Assembly (NCBI RefSeq): GCF_006345805.1
Contig: NC_042998.1
Span: forward strand, 108,190,001 to 108,254,000
Direction: 5' to 3'
Origin: Octopus sinensis
Taxonomy: Eukaryota
Length of the DNA stretch: 64,000 nucleotides
The notes under the pieces were generated by a model. That model was given only the letters and a program-made list of their open reading frames with translations. It made no database searches and had not been told where the DNA came from. The position numbers were made by a program, and so were the translations under genes. Below are positions 1-12,404 of this stretch, in pieces. Positions within the stretch are counted from its first letter, which is position 1, and the number at the start of each line of letters is the position of its first letter.

Positions 1-12
1 GCAAAAGTCAAA

Positions 13-34
13 CAACAACAACAACAACAACAAC

Positions 35-88
<54 letters not shown>
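13..88 (+). repeat. (CAA)n/(TAA)n microsatellite, 5' flank of the R4/Dong element
   Basis: caacaacaa... followed by taataataa... directly abutting the RT reading frame. The ORF-track ATG at 89 is created by this junction. Confidence 0.95.
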
Positions 89-91
<3 letters not shown>

Positions 92-2686
92 GAAGAAGTT
101 CAAAACTTTTGGAAAAGGATTTGGAGTGACAAGAAGACGTACAACATAAATGCAGACTGGATTATACAAACTGAAGGATCCTACCAAAATTTACAACAAC
201 AAGCATGGGAAGACATCACAATAGCAGACCTAAGAAAGGCACTCACGAAGGCCCATAATTGGAAATCCCCCGGTAAAGATAGGGTGCCGAATTTCTGGCT
301 CGCATCGCTCCCATGCGCACACGGTAAGCTAGTTCAGCTGCTCAATGGAATTATGAGAGACCCAAAGAAAACACCTGAATGGTTAGCAAGTGGCATTACT
401 TACCTACTCCCAAAGAATAACGAAACCAACCTTCCAAAAAACTATCGGCCTATAACCTGTCTATCCACCACGTATAAAATCCTAACATCTATCCTGGCGG
501 AGAAAACATATGCATTCATGGAGAAGAACGATATTTTCCCCATTGAACAAAAAGGGTGCCGCCGAGGCTCTTACGGATGCAAAGATCAACTGCTAATCAA
601 TCGTATGATCCTTGAGAACTGTCACAACAAGCGCAGAAATCTCAGCATCGCATGGATTGACTACAAAAAGGCCTTCGACAGTATACCGCATCCATGGATC
701 TTGAGATCGCTGGACATCTTCAAAATTTCCCCTGTGATTTCAAACTTCCTGAAGCACAATATGTCGTTGTGGAATACGAATCTCCAATTATACCACTCTA
801 ATGGAGTACAGAAAATATAAACATCAACTGTGGAATTTTTCAAGGTGACTCACTTTCACCTTTAATATTCTGCATAGCCCTAATACCCCTTACAAGTGAA
901 TTAAACAGAACAGGTTATGGGTATAAAATTGCCAATAAAAAAATAAGCCATCTATTTTATATGGATGACTTAAAACTTTATGGTAAAGACAATAATGAAC
1001 TTGAAGGCCTATTGCACACGTGAAAGCATTCAGCGATGACATCGGGATGGAGTTTGGACTTGAGAAGTGTGCCAAGGCCACTTTCCAGAAAGGGAAAGTG
1101 AAGACCACAAATTCAGTCGTGTTAGATGTTGACACAGTCATAAGAGAGCTTGAGCAAGAACAAACATACAAATATTTAGGGATAAATGAAGGCTCTGGTA
1201 TTCAGCATGCAAGCATGAAAGAGAAAATCAGGAAGGAATGTTATAGGAGAGTTCGTGCAGTCCTGAAATCTGAACTAAATGCACGTTACAAGGTGTTAGC
1301 TATAAATTCCTTAGCAGTTCCAGTTGTTACTTATAGCTACAATGTGTTGAACTGGAATATGAGTGAAGTAAAGAATATAGATAGAAAAATACGCAAGCTG
1401 CTGAGTTGTAATAGGATGCACCACCCAAAGGCAGACGTAGATCGCCTTTACCTTCCCAGAGCCCAAGGAGGTCGAGGCCTGATCCAATTTGAACTAGCTT
1501 ACAAAACAACCACAATTGGACTGGCCAAATATCTCGAAATATCGAATGACTGGATGCTAAAGCTCGTGGAAAATCACGAGAGACGAAAGAAGCTTCATTC
1601 TATCATAAAGGAAAGCAAAAAATTTGCTATTGATCTCGTGCAGGATACCCAAACTGAACAACCCGAGGGAAGTACGGCAACTATTGTTGCAAAGAATGTG
1701 AAAATGATGGCAATGAAGAAAGCGCACGAGCAATTGGCTGATAGGTAGGAGGAGAAACCTCTGCACGGCAAATATGTGACCCGCAGCAAACAAGCTGATG
1801 TTGACCAGAAGCAAACCCATCAGTGGCTACGGAGCTCAGGGCTAAAAGCAGAGAGCGAAGGTTTCATCCTGGCTGCTCAAGATCAAAGCCTATTAACCCG
1901 AAACTACCAGGCCAATGTGATGAAAAATGGAGCAGACCCAAAATGCCGATTCTGCAACGACATGATTGAAACAGTGGACCACCTAATCTCTGGATGTAAA
2001 GTCTTAGCACCAGTGGAGTATAAATTAAGACATGACAGAGTTGGCCAATATCTCCACTGGCTAATAAGTCGGCATTACAATATCAAAACTGCCGACAAGT
2101 GGTATAATCACCACCCTGAGGCTGTAACTGAAGGAGAAAATGTAACCATTCTGTGGGACTTTCCAGTACATACAGACCGAACCATCAAGGCCAATAAACC
2201 AGATATTGTTGTGAAAGACCAAAACAATAAAGTTTGCTTATTGATCGACATGAGCATCCCCTGTGATCATAATATCTCAGCGAAAGAGTTTGACAAGCTC
2301 AGAAAATATAAAGACCTACTCATTGAAATTGAGAAAATGTGGCATCTCAAGGCGGTTACAATACCAGTGATCGTAGGAGCACTAGGAATGATCAAGAAGG
2401 GAACCGAAAATTATATGAGAATGATCCCTGGCTTACCATCCCTGCAAGAAGTGCAAAAGATTGTCTTAACTGGTACATCACACGTATTGAGAAGAGCATT
2501 GTCGATGTGAGAACTGTTGCTGCTCATGTATTTTAATTTAACTTAAAAAAAAAAAAAAGAAAAAATGAACGAACTACTGAGTTTGGTTTAATGGCCTACC
2601 AATGTATGCTATGAGTTTCTTTGCCCTAGGAGTCGGGAAGACACTCGGCAAGAAATGGAAGCAAATATGAAAGAAGAAAAAAAAAG
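89..2686 (+). mobile_element. 5'-truncated R4/Dong-clade non-LTR retrotransposon (RT + CCHC knuckle + RLE endonuclease + 3' UTR), disrupted
   Basis: RT motifs KSPGKD, NYRPITCL, QKGCRRGSYGC, WIDYKKAFDSIPH, GIFQGDSLSP and YMDD (958-969); then CRFC..ETVDHLISGC, RHD, KPDIVV and LIDMSIP..EFDKLRKY. Frameshifts near 810 and 1020, and an in-frame TAG at 1746-1748 where W is expected (DR*EEKPLHGKY). Stop at 2510; 3' UTR ends at (TAA)n. Confidence 0.92.
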
Positions 2687-2769
2687 TAATAATAATAATA
2701 ATAATAATAATTAATAATTAATAATGATAATAATAATAATAATAATAATATAATAATAATAATAATAAT
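2687..2769 (+). repeat. (TAA)n microsatellite, 3' flank of the R4/Dong element
   Basis: Direct reading of the sequence. Confidence 0.95.
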
Positions 2770-5197
2770 CAGGTAGAACAGAAATCTGTCAGAAATGATC
2801 TTAAAAAGATTTACATATGATATTTTAGTGCAGCGTTTTGATGTGCAAAAACACTTGAGTAACCAAAAGGATATAAATGGTTAGCAATAACTTATTAAAA
2901 CATAAATTGCATCAGTAACTCTGTAAAGGGTTGACAGTTACCGCGAACGATTTTAAACTCTTCAAAAGAATAAATGAAATATAAACTGAAGTAATAACAT
3001 CATTGGAATATACTGAAGCACTTCTATTTAGATTTATACTATAACCTTTAACAATGTGTTTACAATATACTAGGTATTTTTGCGTAAATACTCTCACCGT
3101 TATATCGGCCCGGCAAAGAATATCCACTATGATCTAATACATAGCTGTAGATAGCTTATAGTGGCTCAAAGCGGTATATATTCATATTCATAATAAATAA
3201 GTGATTGAGTTTTATAATCGTATATGTTGTAAAATTACTTCTTGGAAACTCCATCTTTATGTAATTTAATATAGGGCAAGCAGTATTCGTAGATCTCATC
3301 TCTCTTAAAGTTAAAGAAAGGTTAATCTTATAATTCTGACACTGTATAATGGTAAAATGGAAATTATAGTATTTCAGGCTCCCTACTTTCAAGGTGGAGC
3401 TTGAGTCATTTAGGAATTACGCGTCTTGTTTATAGACAGATTTTAAAACGTTTATCGGTCACACAAGACCGACAACTTCACAACTCAATCAACAGTGGCT
3501 CTCGATTATAAATAGACATCCTGTTTAATAAAAACAACAAATTCTAGACTTGAAAGACGTAAAAGATGATTTATATCACACCCACCAAATATAAAAAAAA
3601 AAACGTTAAAAGTTTATAAAATAAAATAAATAAGTATGTCGTAAGAAAAGATTAGTTTTGACAGTTAGGGAGGGCAATTCTTTGAAACGTCAGAACTCTT
3701 CTTTCCTTACGCTACACTTATAAGAATTGCATTAATGAAGTCATTGGCCTTTTGATTAAAACTTTATCAGCAACAGCTGAAAGGACCGATTAAACAAGTT
3801 GCTGAACGAACTCCCAGAGTATATGACACCCAGAGTATATGATGTAACAAGTTTGGACTACCAGGATATGTTGTGTAGCAAGTTATTGAATTGCCAGAAC
3901 ATGATATAGTACCACAAGTTACTAAACTGTTCGGTCACGTGTTGTAGCAAGTTTGCATTGCCAAGAAGTTGTGGTTCTCAAGTCTTGACAATTAGGAACT
4001 GCGTGGTTATTTATTAAATTGTTAAGAAATATGGAACAAGATGTATGGATTGTGGTGTAGCAATTCGGCAGTACATGTACGACAAGTTCAAATTGCTGTG
4101 TTCAAGGTGAAGGACACTTCATTTTATATCTCATTTCAAATAATTTTTTGTTTTGTTTAGTCCAGTGATTCTCAACTAAGGATAAAGTTTCTTCGAGATA
4201 AAAATTTCATAAGAGTTGGTAAATATCTCATACCAGATAATGCAATATTATATGATCTATAAAATTTGTTTAGAATATTTAAAAATTAGACGTCCCTTTT
4301 CCTGAGAAGCGTGGGTTACAAACACGTATTATGTAACAACAAATGTGGGTATAACAAATGATTGACAAATTGTGATGCTTGCTATATATATACTGTGTAT
4401 TCTAATTTTTTTTTCATGGAATGTAAGAGAGTAAATTGCGAAATACGTCAACCTGAGGGATTAAATGACATGAGTTGCGAATCACTTGTTTAGTCAAAGG
4501 AGGAAGGGTAACGATCTTAACTTTTGCAGGGTTCCAACGACTAGTGACAAGAAAGGATGGAAGAATCTACAACACGTGCATTACTGCGGTAAGAAGCGCA
4601 TCAAGGTATCGAATTCTCCTCGATCTGGAGAAGTATTAGAGCTCAAATAGAGTTAACTTTGCAACAGAGTTTTTGCAATCTTTGCAACAGAGCCAACTTT
4701 GCTAAAGGAACCTAAGAACCAGTTTGGAAGATGGTGTATCAGAACTGCTGTAAAACCTCACCTGCTATAATCTATCGTCATTTTCTAAGATAGATTTGAC
4801 TTTCAAACTGTTGAGGCTATAGAAAATAATATAAAATGTCGACATAATAAGTTGCGGCAGTTTGCAAAATGATAAAGAATATACATAATACAAATAAAAC
4901 TAAATAATCACCAATAAATTTAATTATATCTATTTTAATACACATGTGGAATATAAACTAGCAAGAAAACCTTTATAAGGTCAGGCGACTTGATTTGAAA
5001 TAGCATCGAATTATTTTTAATACCACACCATACTGTGCTGAAATAAAAGAACACGTTGGATAATGTAATCTTAAGTATGCTGTGTCTGATAAAAAAATTG
5101 GGATCGTTACAGCATGAATGTTATTTTATCACATGTATTAATGGATCAGAGTTGATCTGAGGAAAAACAGTAACAAAAATTAGAAAACTACACGATG

Positions 5198-5345
5198 CAA
5201 GCATGGTTGTGTAGTTTAGAAATTCACTTCGCAGCTATGTAGTTCGTGTTCAATCCCATTTCAGAGCTCCTTGGCCAGGTGTCTTCTATCAGAATGAGTC
5301 GTCAAAAAGCATGTAGGTGATATCTGATACACAGAAACTGTTTAG
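5198..5345 (+). mobile_element. Decayed SINE family B head (tRNA-like + CORE-like)
   Basis: gttgtgtagtttagaaattc...gttcaatccc...ccttggccaggtgtcttct resembles the reverse complement of the 12.0-12.1 kb copy. Confidence 0.5.
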
Positions 5346-6165
5346 TGGACTGTTACTGTTCTTAGATGGTAAACTTAATCCGCGGCCAATTTTTAACACC
5401 ACCACATAACTCTTAGCTCTATTTATAAGAATCCATTTTGTTGGAAGCATTCATGCCAGGACTACAGTTTCAAGTTAGCTTTTCACTAGTCCCTGCAACT
5501 CTGCAAACATTCATGTACACTGTCCTTCTTCTGCTGATAATGACATGAAAAAGAATTTAATTTGTAATTTACAGTGAAATATAAACATTACCAATTTGAA
5601 GTATAAAGAATATATAGGTACCTACTACATTCACTGATATGATAAAGATTCAAAGAACGGATGAATCACCAATACATAAAGAACAATTAAATTCTTCAAT
5701 GAATATAATATTACGTTTAAATTGACTTGCTGCATTAACAATATTTGTAAGAGAATAAAATATCAATACTTCCTTCACTGACTTTGAAAGGGTGGAAATC
5801 ATACAGCAACATTATTCTGTATGATTAGAAATACTAATACAAAATAATGTATACATGTAATTTGTAGAGCCATGTTTGTTGAAAAATAAGATAGAAAGAA
5901 ACATTCTTATAAAAACATATGCTCGTTTATGAAATTAATACTACTTGAAAGAATAATTTGTGACAAAAGACAGACATTAACAAACGCATGCATTGATACA
6001 GACATATTGACATACACTCATACACACAGATTATATTTCATATCACATATAAACATACATACAGACATATGCAAATGAGTATATGCATATATATATATAT
6101 ATGCATACACACATACACACATATGCATATATATAGATCATAATGAAAGGATTTTTAAGAATATA

Positions 6166-6382
6166 GGTTTCAAATTTTGGCACAAGGCCAACAATTTCCG
6201 GAGAGGGGGCAAGTCGATTACATTAACCCCACCCAACTCCCATGCTCAAATACTTATTTTATCGACCCTCCAAAGATGAAGGGCAAAGTCGACCTCGGCG
6301 GAATTTGAACTAAGAACATAAAGACAGACGAACTGCCGCTAAGCATTTTGCCTGGTGTACTAACGATTCTGCCGACCAACGC
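6166..6382 (-). mobile_element. SINE family A (tRNA-derived head + GTCGACTTTGCCTTTCATCC central domain)
   Basis: Reverse complement of the family A consensus seen at 57495-57729. Confidence 0.8.
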
Positions 6383-6404
6383 TCTTATTTTAGCTAAGGT
6401 TAAA

Positions 6405-6560
6405 CAAGGAACCGAGTTTCAGTCTACCACGTCCACTCACGAGGTTTTGGTCAGCCTGAGCTTATAAGAAGGCACTTGCCCACTGTGACATGCAGTGGAA
6501 CTGAACTTGGAACCACATGGTTGGCAATCTAACTTCTTACCACACAGCCACGCTTGCGCC
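6405..6560 (-). mobile_element. SINE family B, 5' part
   Basis: cagtctaccacgtccactcac...cacttgccc...gcagtggaactgaac...cttaccacacagccac matches 11960-12104. Confidence 0.75.
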
Positions 6561-7432
6561 TGATAGGATTGTTAACTGTATTAAAATTTATTTTACATTG
6601 TGCAGACATTATCTGAAACAGAATTCAATAAACTCAGTACCTTGGGTAGAGTGGACTGATATCTACAATGTATTAAAATAAAATCCAGATATTTTTTAAT
6701 CACTACAATTATTTCCACCTAATGTGGTTCTCCAAAAGTACAGGTATTTGGTTACGCAACTGTTTGTTTGTATAATGAAATCCAGTTGTATTTCATCAAG
6801 TGATAATCAAGTGTTGTCTACGTTAATTTAAAATCTTTGACTTCAAGACCATCCCATCCGTCCGTCCGTCTTGGCTTGAATTTGGCAGCAGTTGGTAGAT
6901 TCAGGTTGTTTGGTAGCAGAATGTGTTTGTTGGACTGCTATGAGCGGTAGCGGATGCGGCTGATCGCTGAACTGTTCTTCATGGTTGGCTTCACATGCGA
7001 ATTCTATTAGCTAACCTTCAATATTGAGTAGCCGAATACATACACACATCCACATCCACAGAATCACGTATACCCTCCCACATACAAATGCACCTATGTA
7101 TATATGACTATATGCACACAGATACGCTCACATATAGATACTTCACATACATTCGCGTACACACGCATATATACCAACATATATATAAATACATATACAT
7201 ACGTATACATATGTATACCCATATACATACACCGATCAACATATATACACTTATTCAATTATATATACACCCTCTCTCAAATGTGGGAATATATGCATGC
7301 TCACATACATACACATCGATAAGTGAGCAAACGTCCTTATTTTGACTTGCTCATAAACATAGCGAAGCACGTGTGTATATATACACTCGTACCCGCCAAA
7401 ATATATGTATGTATGCGTATATATATATACAT

Positions 7433-7529
<97 letters not shown>

Positions 7530-7679
7530 CACATACATATATAAATCTTACTTCGAGCCTTGCGTGCGGACTCATTCACTATCACTCCTATTTATGTAAA
7601 TACACACACACACACACATACACACATACATACGTACACAGACACAGACACACCCATACACACACACACACATACACCC

Positions 7680-8150
7680 TGAGATTATCCTTTAGCTGTG
7701 CACCTAGTGTAAAAAAGAATTTAGTAGGTTGGCCCAGACCCGAGGCTGCGACAGGATGCTCATGGTGGGGTAACACAACTTGTCCACTAAACGGCCACTG
7801 CAATACGAAACCAGTTGTTTACGAGGCAGAAATAACAGCAACAGGACCCCATGGACAAAAGTGCGGAAGGTAACAGAAGGCCTCTTCAGAACCTGTTTTA
7901 ATAACCACAAATCCTGCTTCAACATCCCAGAGAGACGTAACTCCACAACCCTAGCCAAACACGTTTGGACTTTGAAAGAAAGCGTCACGGAGTACAGCAT
8001 CAAGTGGAAGATCCTAGAAAGATGCAAACCATGCTTCAATAGCAGCATATTATGCCTGGCTGAGAAGAGGGCAATTTTAAAAGGTACCAAACACCCGGAG
8101 TGAGGTGTTTAATCGTTGTCCACATGAAAGGAAGTATATTTTACCGTACC
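7680..8150 (+). mobile_element. Penelope-like element, C-terminal GIY-YIG endonuclease region (frameshifted)
   Basis: RLSFSCAPSV...CPLNGHCNTKPVVYEA, then FRTCFNNHKSCF...NSTTLAKHVWTLKE..YSIKWKIL...LCLAEKRAI and EVFNRCPHERKYIL. This is the typical PLE endonuclease tail. Confidence 0.8.
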
Positions 8151-8823
8151 TCCGCGCTCCACCATGACTGCAACCACAGGTCCCTTGCCTCGACCTTCCA
8201 CCAATGCCCTTGAGTCTGGGAAAAAGAGTTTGACTAAAGCACACACCAAGGACCAATGTACACACACGCACAACCCCATAAGGTGGGTCTCCCACTACCC
8301 ACAACACATTGACCCCCCCATAACATTTCACACACAGACCCCCCTACACACACATTTCACACCGCACGCTAACATAAACTCCCTGCCAACTTTATCCCTT
8401 ACAGAAAGAAAACAGACTAACGAATACAGCGATATATACCTACAACCCCGGAAAAAATTATACATATGACACCGCTACCCATACCTCACACCCAGTCTCT
8501 ACAGGTGCACCACATTAATAATACACACTTTCCGCACTTGAAGATAACTGGTACCGGCTTCACAGCATACCCAACCAAAGGACATAACTCCTAAAATAAT
8601 CCCCTGGCCCTTTTCCACCTTTTCACAATAGCCAATGACCGATTGGGCTAATCCACCTCCGATAATACAGAGCAGTCGCAATATTCTCTTCCATATCGGT
8701 TAACTCTCATGAGCGTAAAGTTGCATAATCGGTTTGATTCCTAATACTCCATTGTATTCTTCATGCGAAACCGATTGGTAAGATCAGCCCTGATGGATAT
8801 TGGATACTTAATACTATACATTT

Positions 8824-9160
8824 CGAATACAGGCCCAAATATTCTCTAATTTCACTGGTCCCACTCCTGAACTATATGGTCGTTACATTGACGACATTAT
8901 CGGTGCCACCTCACTCTCCCGTGAACATCTAGATTCCTTCCTCTCTTTCGTCCAATCTTTCCATCCAGCCCTCCACTTCACTTCCACTATCTCCAACACC
9001 TCTGTCTCCTTCCTCGACATTTCGGTTAGCATTCTTCACTCCACTCTTACCACCTCCATTCACTACAAACATACAGACTCACACTCATACCTCAACTTCT
9101 CTTCCTCCCACCCAGAACACACCAAGCTTTCCATCCCCTATTCCCAATTCCTCCGTCTAC
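8824..9160 (+). mobile_element. Penelope-like reverse transcriptase fragment (no ATG, absent from the ORF track)
   Basis: Manual translation: AQIFSNFTGPTPELYGRYIDDIIG...FHPALHFT...VSFLDISV...HYKHTDSHSYLNFSSSHPEHTKLSIPYSQFLRL. YIDD is at 8884-8895. Confidence 0.85.
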
Positions 9161-9360
9161 CTCCCTCCCTCCTTCCCTCTTCCCCTTCCCTCTGCTCCCT
9201 CACTCCCCTTCTCTCTCCCCCTCTCCCTCTTTCCTCCTTCCTCCCCCTCCTCCCCTTCCTTCTCCCTCTCCTCTCTCTCCCCCTCCTCTCCTCTTCCTCC
9301 CTCTCCTCCCCTCTTCTTCCCCTCCCCTTCCCCCTCTTCTCCCCTCCCCCTCTTCTCCTC
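9160..9360 (+). repeat. Polypyrimidine (C/T) low-complexity tract
   Basis: About 200 nt almost entirely C and T. Confidence 0.95.
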
Positions 9361-10070
9361 ACTACACACACGACTTTACACATCACATCATATATGATGT
9401 GCCATACTAATACATACACCAACTAATACATACTAATACGTACTAATACATACTAATACATACTAATACATACACCAACCCTATACATAACACGTCCAGA
9501 CACACCTCATACGCACTTATACTCTCTCACACACACACACACTTATACATACTAATACGTACTAATACATACTAATACATACTAATACATACACCAACCC
9601 CATACATACGCACGTCCAGACCTATCCTACGCACTAATACTCTCTCATACACACAACACACACACACACACACACACACCTTATACATACTAATACATAC
9701 TAATACATACACCAACCCTATACATACACACGTCCAGACCTCTCCTACGCACTAATAGCTGGTCATTCAACCCTATTATCAATCCTATTATCTCCCCTTA
9801 TTTCGCTCTCGCGTCTCATGTTTGATCTTTGACCTCTGGCCGAAATCAGATCGCCATGTTGATTCGTTAGTTACTGCACGCATTTTTTTCTCTCCTTCTT
9901 TCTGTGTTTTTTCTCTCTCTGTGTATCTTTCTGTTGAAGAGCGTAGGCTCGAAACGTTAAAGACTTGTTTTATTTATATTTCCTGAGCGCCATACTAATA
10001 CAATTGTCTGTTTGTTTTCCACCTGCCTTCGTCTTTTGTCTATTTTCATAAAGCTTCCCGTTATATATAT
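9360..10070 (+). mobile_element. Penelope pLTR-like repeat with internal tandem units and a hammerhead-like motif
   Basis: Homologous to the reverse complements of 28626-29230 and 17140-17520. Contains repeated catactaata and ...acgtccagac... units, and the HHR-like motif at 9926-9963. Confidence 0.7.
9926..9963 (+). ncRNA. Minimal type I hammerhead-ribozyme-like motif (core variant CUGUUGA)
   Basis: tcttt-CTGTTGA-A-GAGC(gtag)GCTC-GAAA-CG-TT-aaaga: 5-bp stem I, 4-bp stem II, palindromic stem III region. Confidence 0.6.
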
Positions 10071-10310
10071 ATATATGTACTCACACATATACTTACATTC
10101 ACATTAATTCATGGAAACACGTAAATACATAAATTCATACAAATATCTATATATATACACAGACATGCACATATGCATATATATATATACATATATGTGC
10201 ACACACATACACGTATATTAATATATTTACACCCATAGTCTCCTACTCGCATAGATACGCGCACATGTATGTATGTATGTATGTATGTATGTATTATGTA
10301 TGTATGTATG

Positions 10311-10376
<66 letters not shown>

Positions 10377-10389
10377 GTGTGTGTGCGTG

Positions 10390-10720
10390 TGTTTGTGCCC
10401 TCATCACCGCTTGACAACCTATGTTGGTGTGTTTACGTCCTCGTAACTTAGTAGTTCGGCAAAAGAGACGGATAGAATAAGTACTATGCTTAAAAAATAA
10501 GTCCTGGGGTCCATTTTGACTAAAACCCTTCAAGGTGGTGCTCCAGCATGCCCACAGTCAAAGGGCAGCGGGGTGGTTGGTTTTAGGAAGAGTATCCAGC
10601 CGTAAAAACCAACCCAAAACAGACACAGAAGTTTGATACAAGCTTCTGCCTGGCCAGATCCTGTTATACCGTCCAACTTATGCCAGCATGGAGGGCAGAC
10701 GTTAAACGATGATGATGATG
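10390..10720 (+). mobile_element. SINE family B 3' tail followed by a second SINE/LINE tail ending in (GAT)n
   Basis: cgcttgacaacc...ggtgtgtttacgtcc..gtaacttag...gtcctgggg matches the family B tail; the second piece ends ccagcatgg..gacgttaaacgatgatgatg. Confidence 0.65.
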
Positions 10721-11087
10721 ATGCATGTATGTGTTTATGTATGTATGTATGTATGTATGTATGTATGTATGTATGTATGTATTTATAGATATGTATATAT
10801 GTGCAAACATCTTCGTGTGCATTTATTGTGTTGAACACTACATTGATGTAAATAACTATCATTGCATCTATCTATATACGTTGATACGTTCTTCAGTGGA
10901 GATCGATGAGCGCTCAGTAACAAACTTTAAAATATAATCCTGAAAGCTGATAAAAGCTATACCACACGCACGCTCATACACACATACGCACACACACACA
11001 GGCGCGTGCGCGTACACACATACAGAGGCGCGCGCGCGTACACACACAGAGGTATATACATGTTTGTGTACACGTATACATGCATGC

Positions 11088-11660
11088 ATCTACTACTTAT
11101 GCGGAAAATCGGTGTGTGTTTGTGGCGTTGTTAGCTAACTCCTCCGACATCGTTTTATTGATTGTGATGAAACTTGACACGTAAGTAGAACTCATGTCTA
11201 GAAACCCCGTGGCATATTTAGATTGTTGAAAAATCGATAATACGGCCCCTGGCAGGGACCTTTATATCTACCTCATTTTTTAAACACTCAAGGGAAATAA
11301 CCCATAGTACCTGTCCAATATTTTTTTCAAACACTCGAGGGAAATAACCCATTTCATTGTTTATGTTCGATTACTTTGAATATTGATTTTCTGTGTTTCC
11401 TATTTGTAATTTTTGTAGACAATATCACTTTTATACTTTATTTGACACGTGAGTCTGGAACTCATGTCTGAAAACCTCGTGACATACTTAGATTGTTGAA
11501 AAAAAAAATCGATAATAGAGCCCTTCCAATGGATCCTTCTGTCTACTACATATTACTAATATTTAATTTGAACAACCCAAGGGAAATAACCCGTACCACC
11601 TGCAGATTTTAGCGAAGTGATCAATATTTGATTCTCACGATAAGCTGACCTAATTCTGTA
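11088..11660 (+). mobile_element. Decayed non-autonomous Helitron/HINE-like repeat with internal duplications
   Basis: Starts atctactac.... The gacacgt..gaactcatgtct..aaacc..gtg.cata.ttagattgttgaaaaa.tcgataata unit occurs twice (~11196 and ~11444), and aagggaaataacc three times. Confidence 0.4.
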
Positions 11661-11682
11661 TTTCACTACCCACAGTTTTAAA

Positions 11683-12104
11683 CTCTTTTACTCTTTTACT
11701 CTTTTACTTGTTTCAGTCATTTGACTGTAGCCATGCTGGAGCACCGCGTTTAGTTGAGCAAATCGATCCCAGGACTTATTCTTTGTAAGCCTAGTACTTA
11801 TTCTATCGGTCTCTTTTGCCGAGCCGCTAAGTTATGGGGACGTAAACACACCAGCATCGGTTGTCAAGCGATGTTGGGGGGGGAGACAAACAGAGACACA
11901 CAAACACATCCACACAAACACACACTTATATATATATATATGCATATATACGACGGCCTCTTTCAGTTTCTGTCTGCCAAATCCACTCACAAGGCTTTGG
12001 TTGGCCCAAGGCTATAGTAGAAGACACTTGCCCATGGTGCCACGCAGTGGGACTGAGCACGAAACCATGTGGTTGGTAAGCAAGCTACTTACCACACAGC
12101 CACT
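11683..12104 (-). mobile_element. SINE family B, full length (tRNA-like head, CORE-like box, internal CA repeat, tail ending (AAAGAGT)n)
   Basis: Minus strand reads gtggctgtgtggtaagtagcttg...cagtcccactgcgtggcaccatgggcaagtgtctt...; homologous to 15585-15995 and 46855-47170. Confidence 0.88.
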
Positions 12105-12404
12105 CATGCTAAACAATATTATTGCACTTCCTTAATTTGAATCATAAACCTTAAAGACTTTTTCATACATTTCTACATTCATACATAAATGTTTGAATGC
12201 CCATTACTCCGATAACCCTGCAGTTTTACAATTACACTTTTTCCATGATAGTAGATAAATTTTGTATTCCACAACGTATTTGTAGTGGCATCATGCAGGC
12301 ATACTGTGGATTCGATCCTCGATTGCCAAATTTCCCTTAACACTTCAGCAGCGCTTTTCTCACGGTAAAACAATAGTTTTTTTCTGTGAATGACAGCAGT
12401 TAAA

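Noticed and set aside
4530-4588. 59-bp candidate exon with good AG and GT signals (ttttgcag / gtaag)
   Set aside because: No recognisable peptide, no partner exons, and the surroundings resemble a decayed transposon. Only RNA-seq could rescue it.
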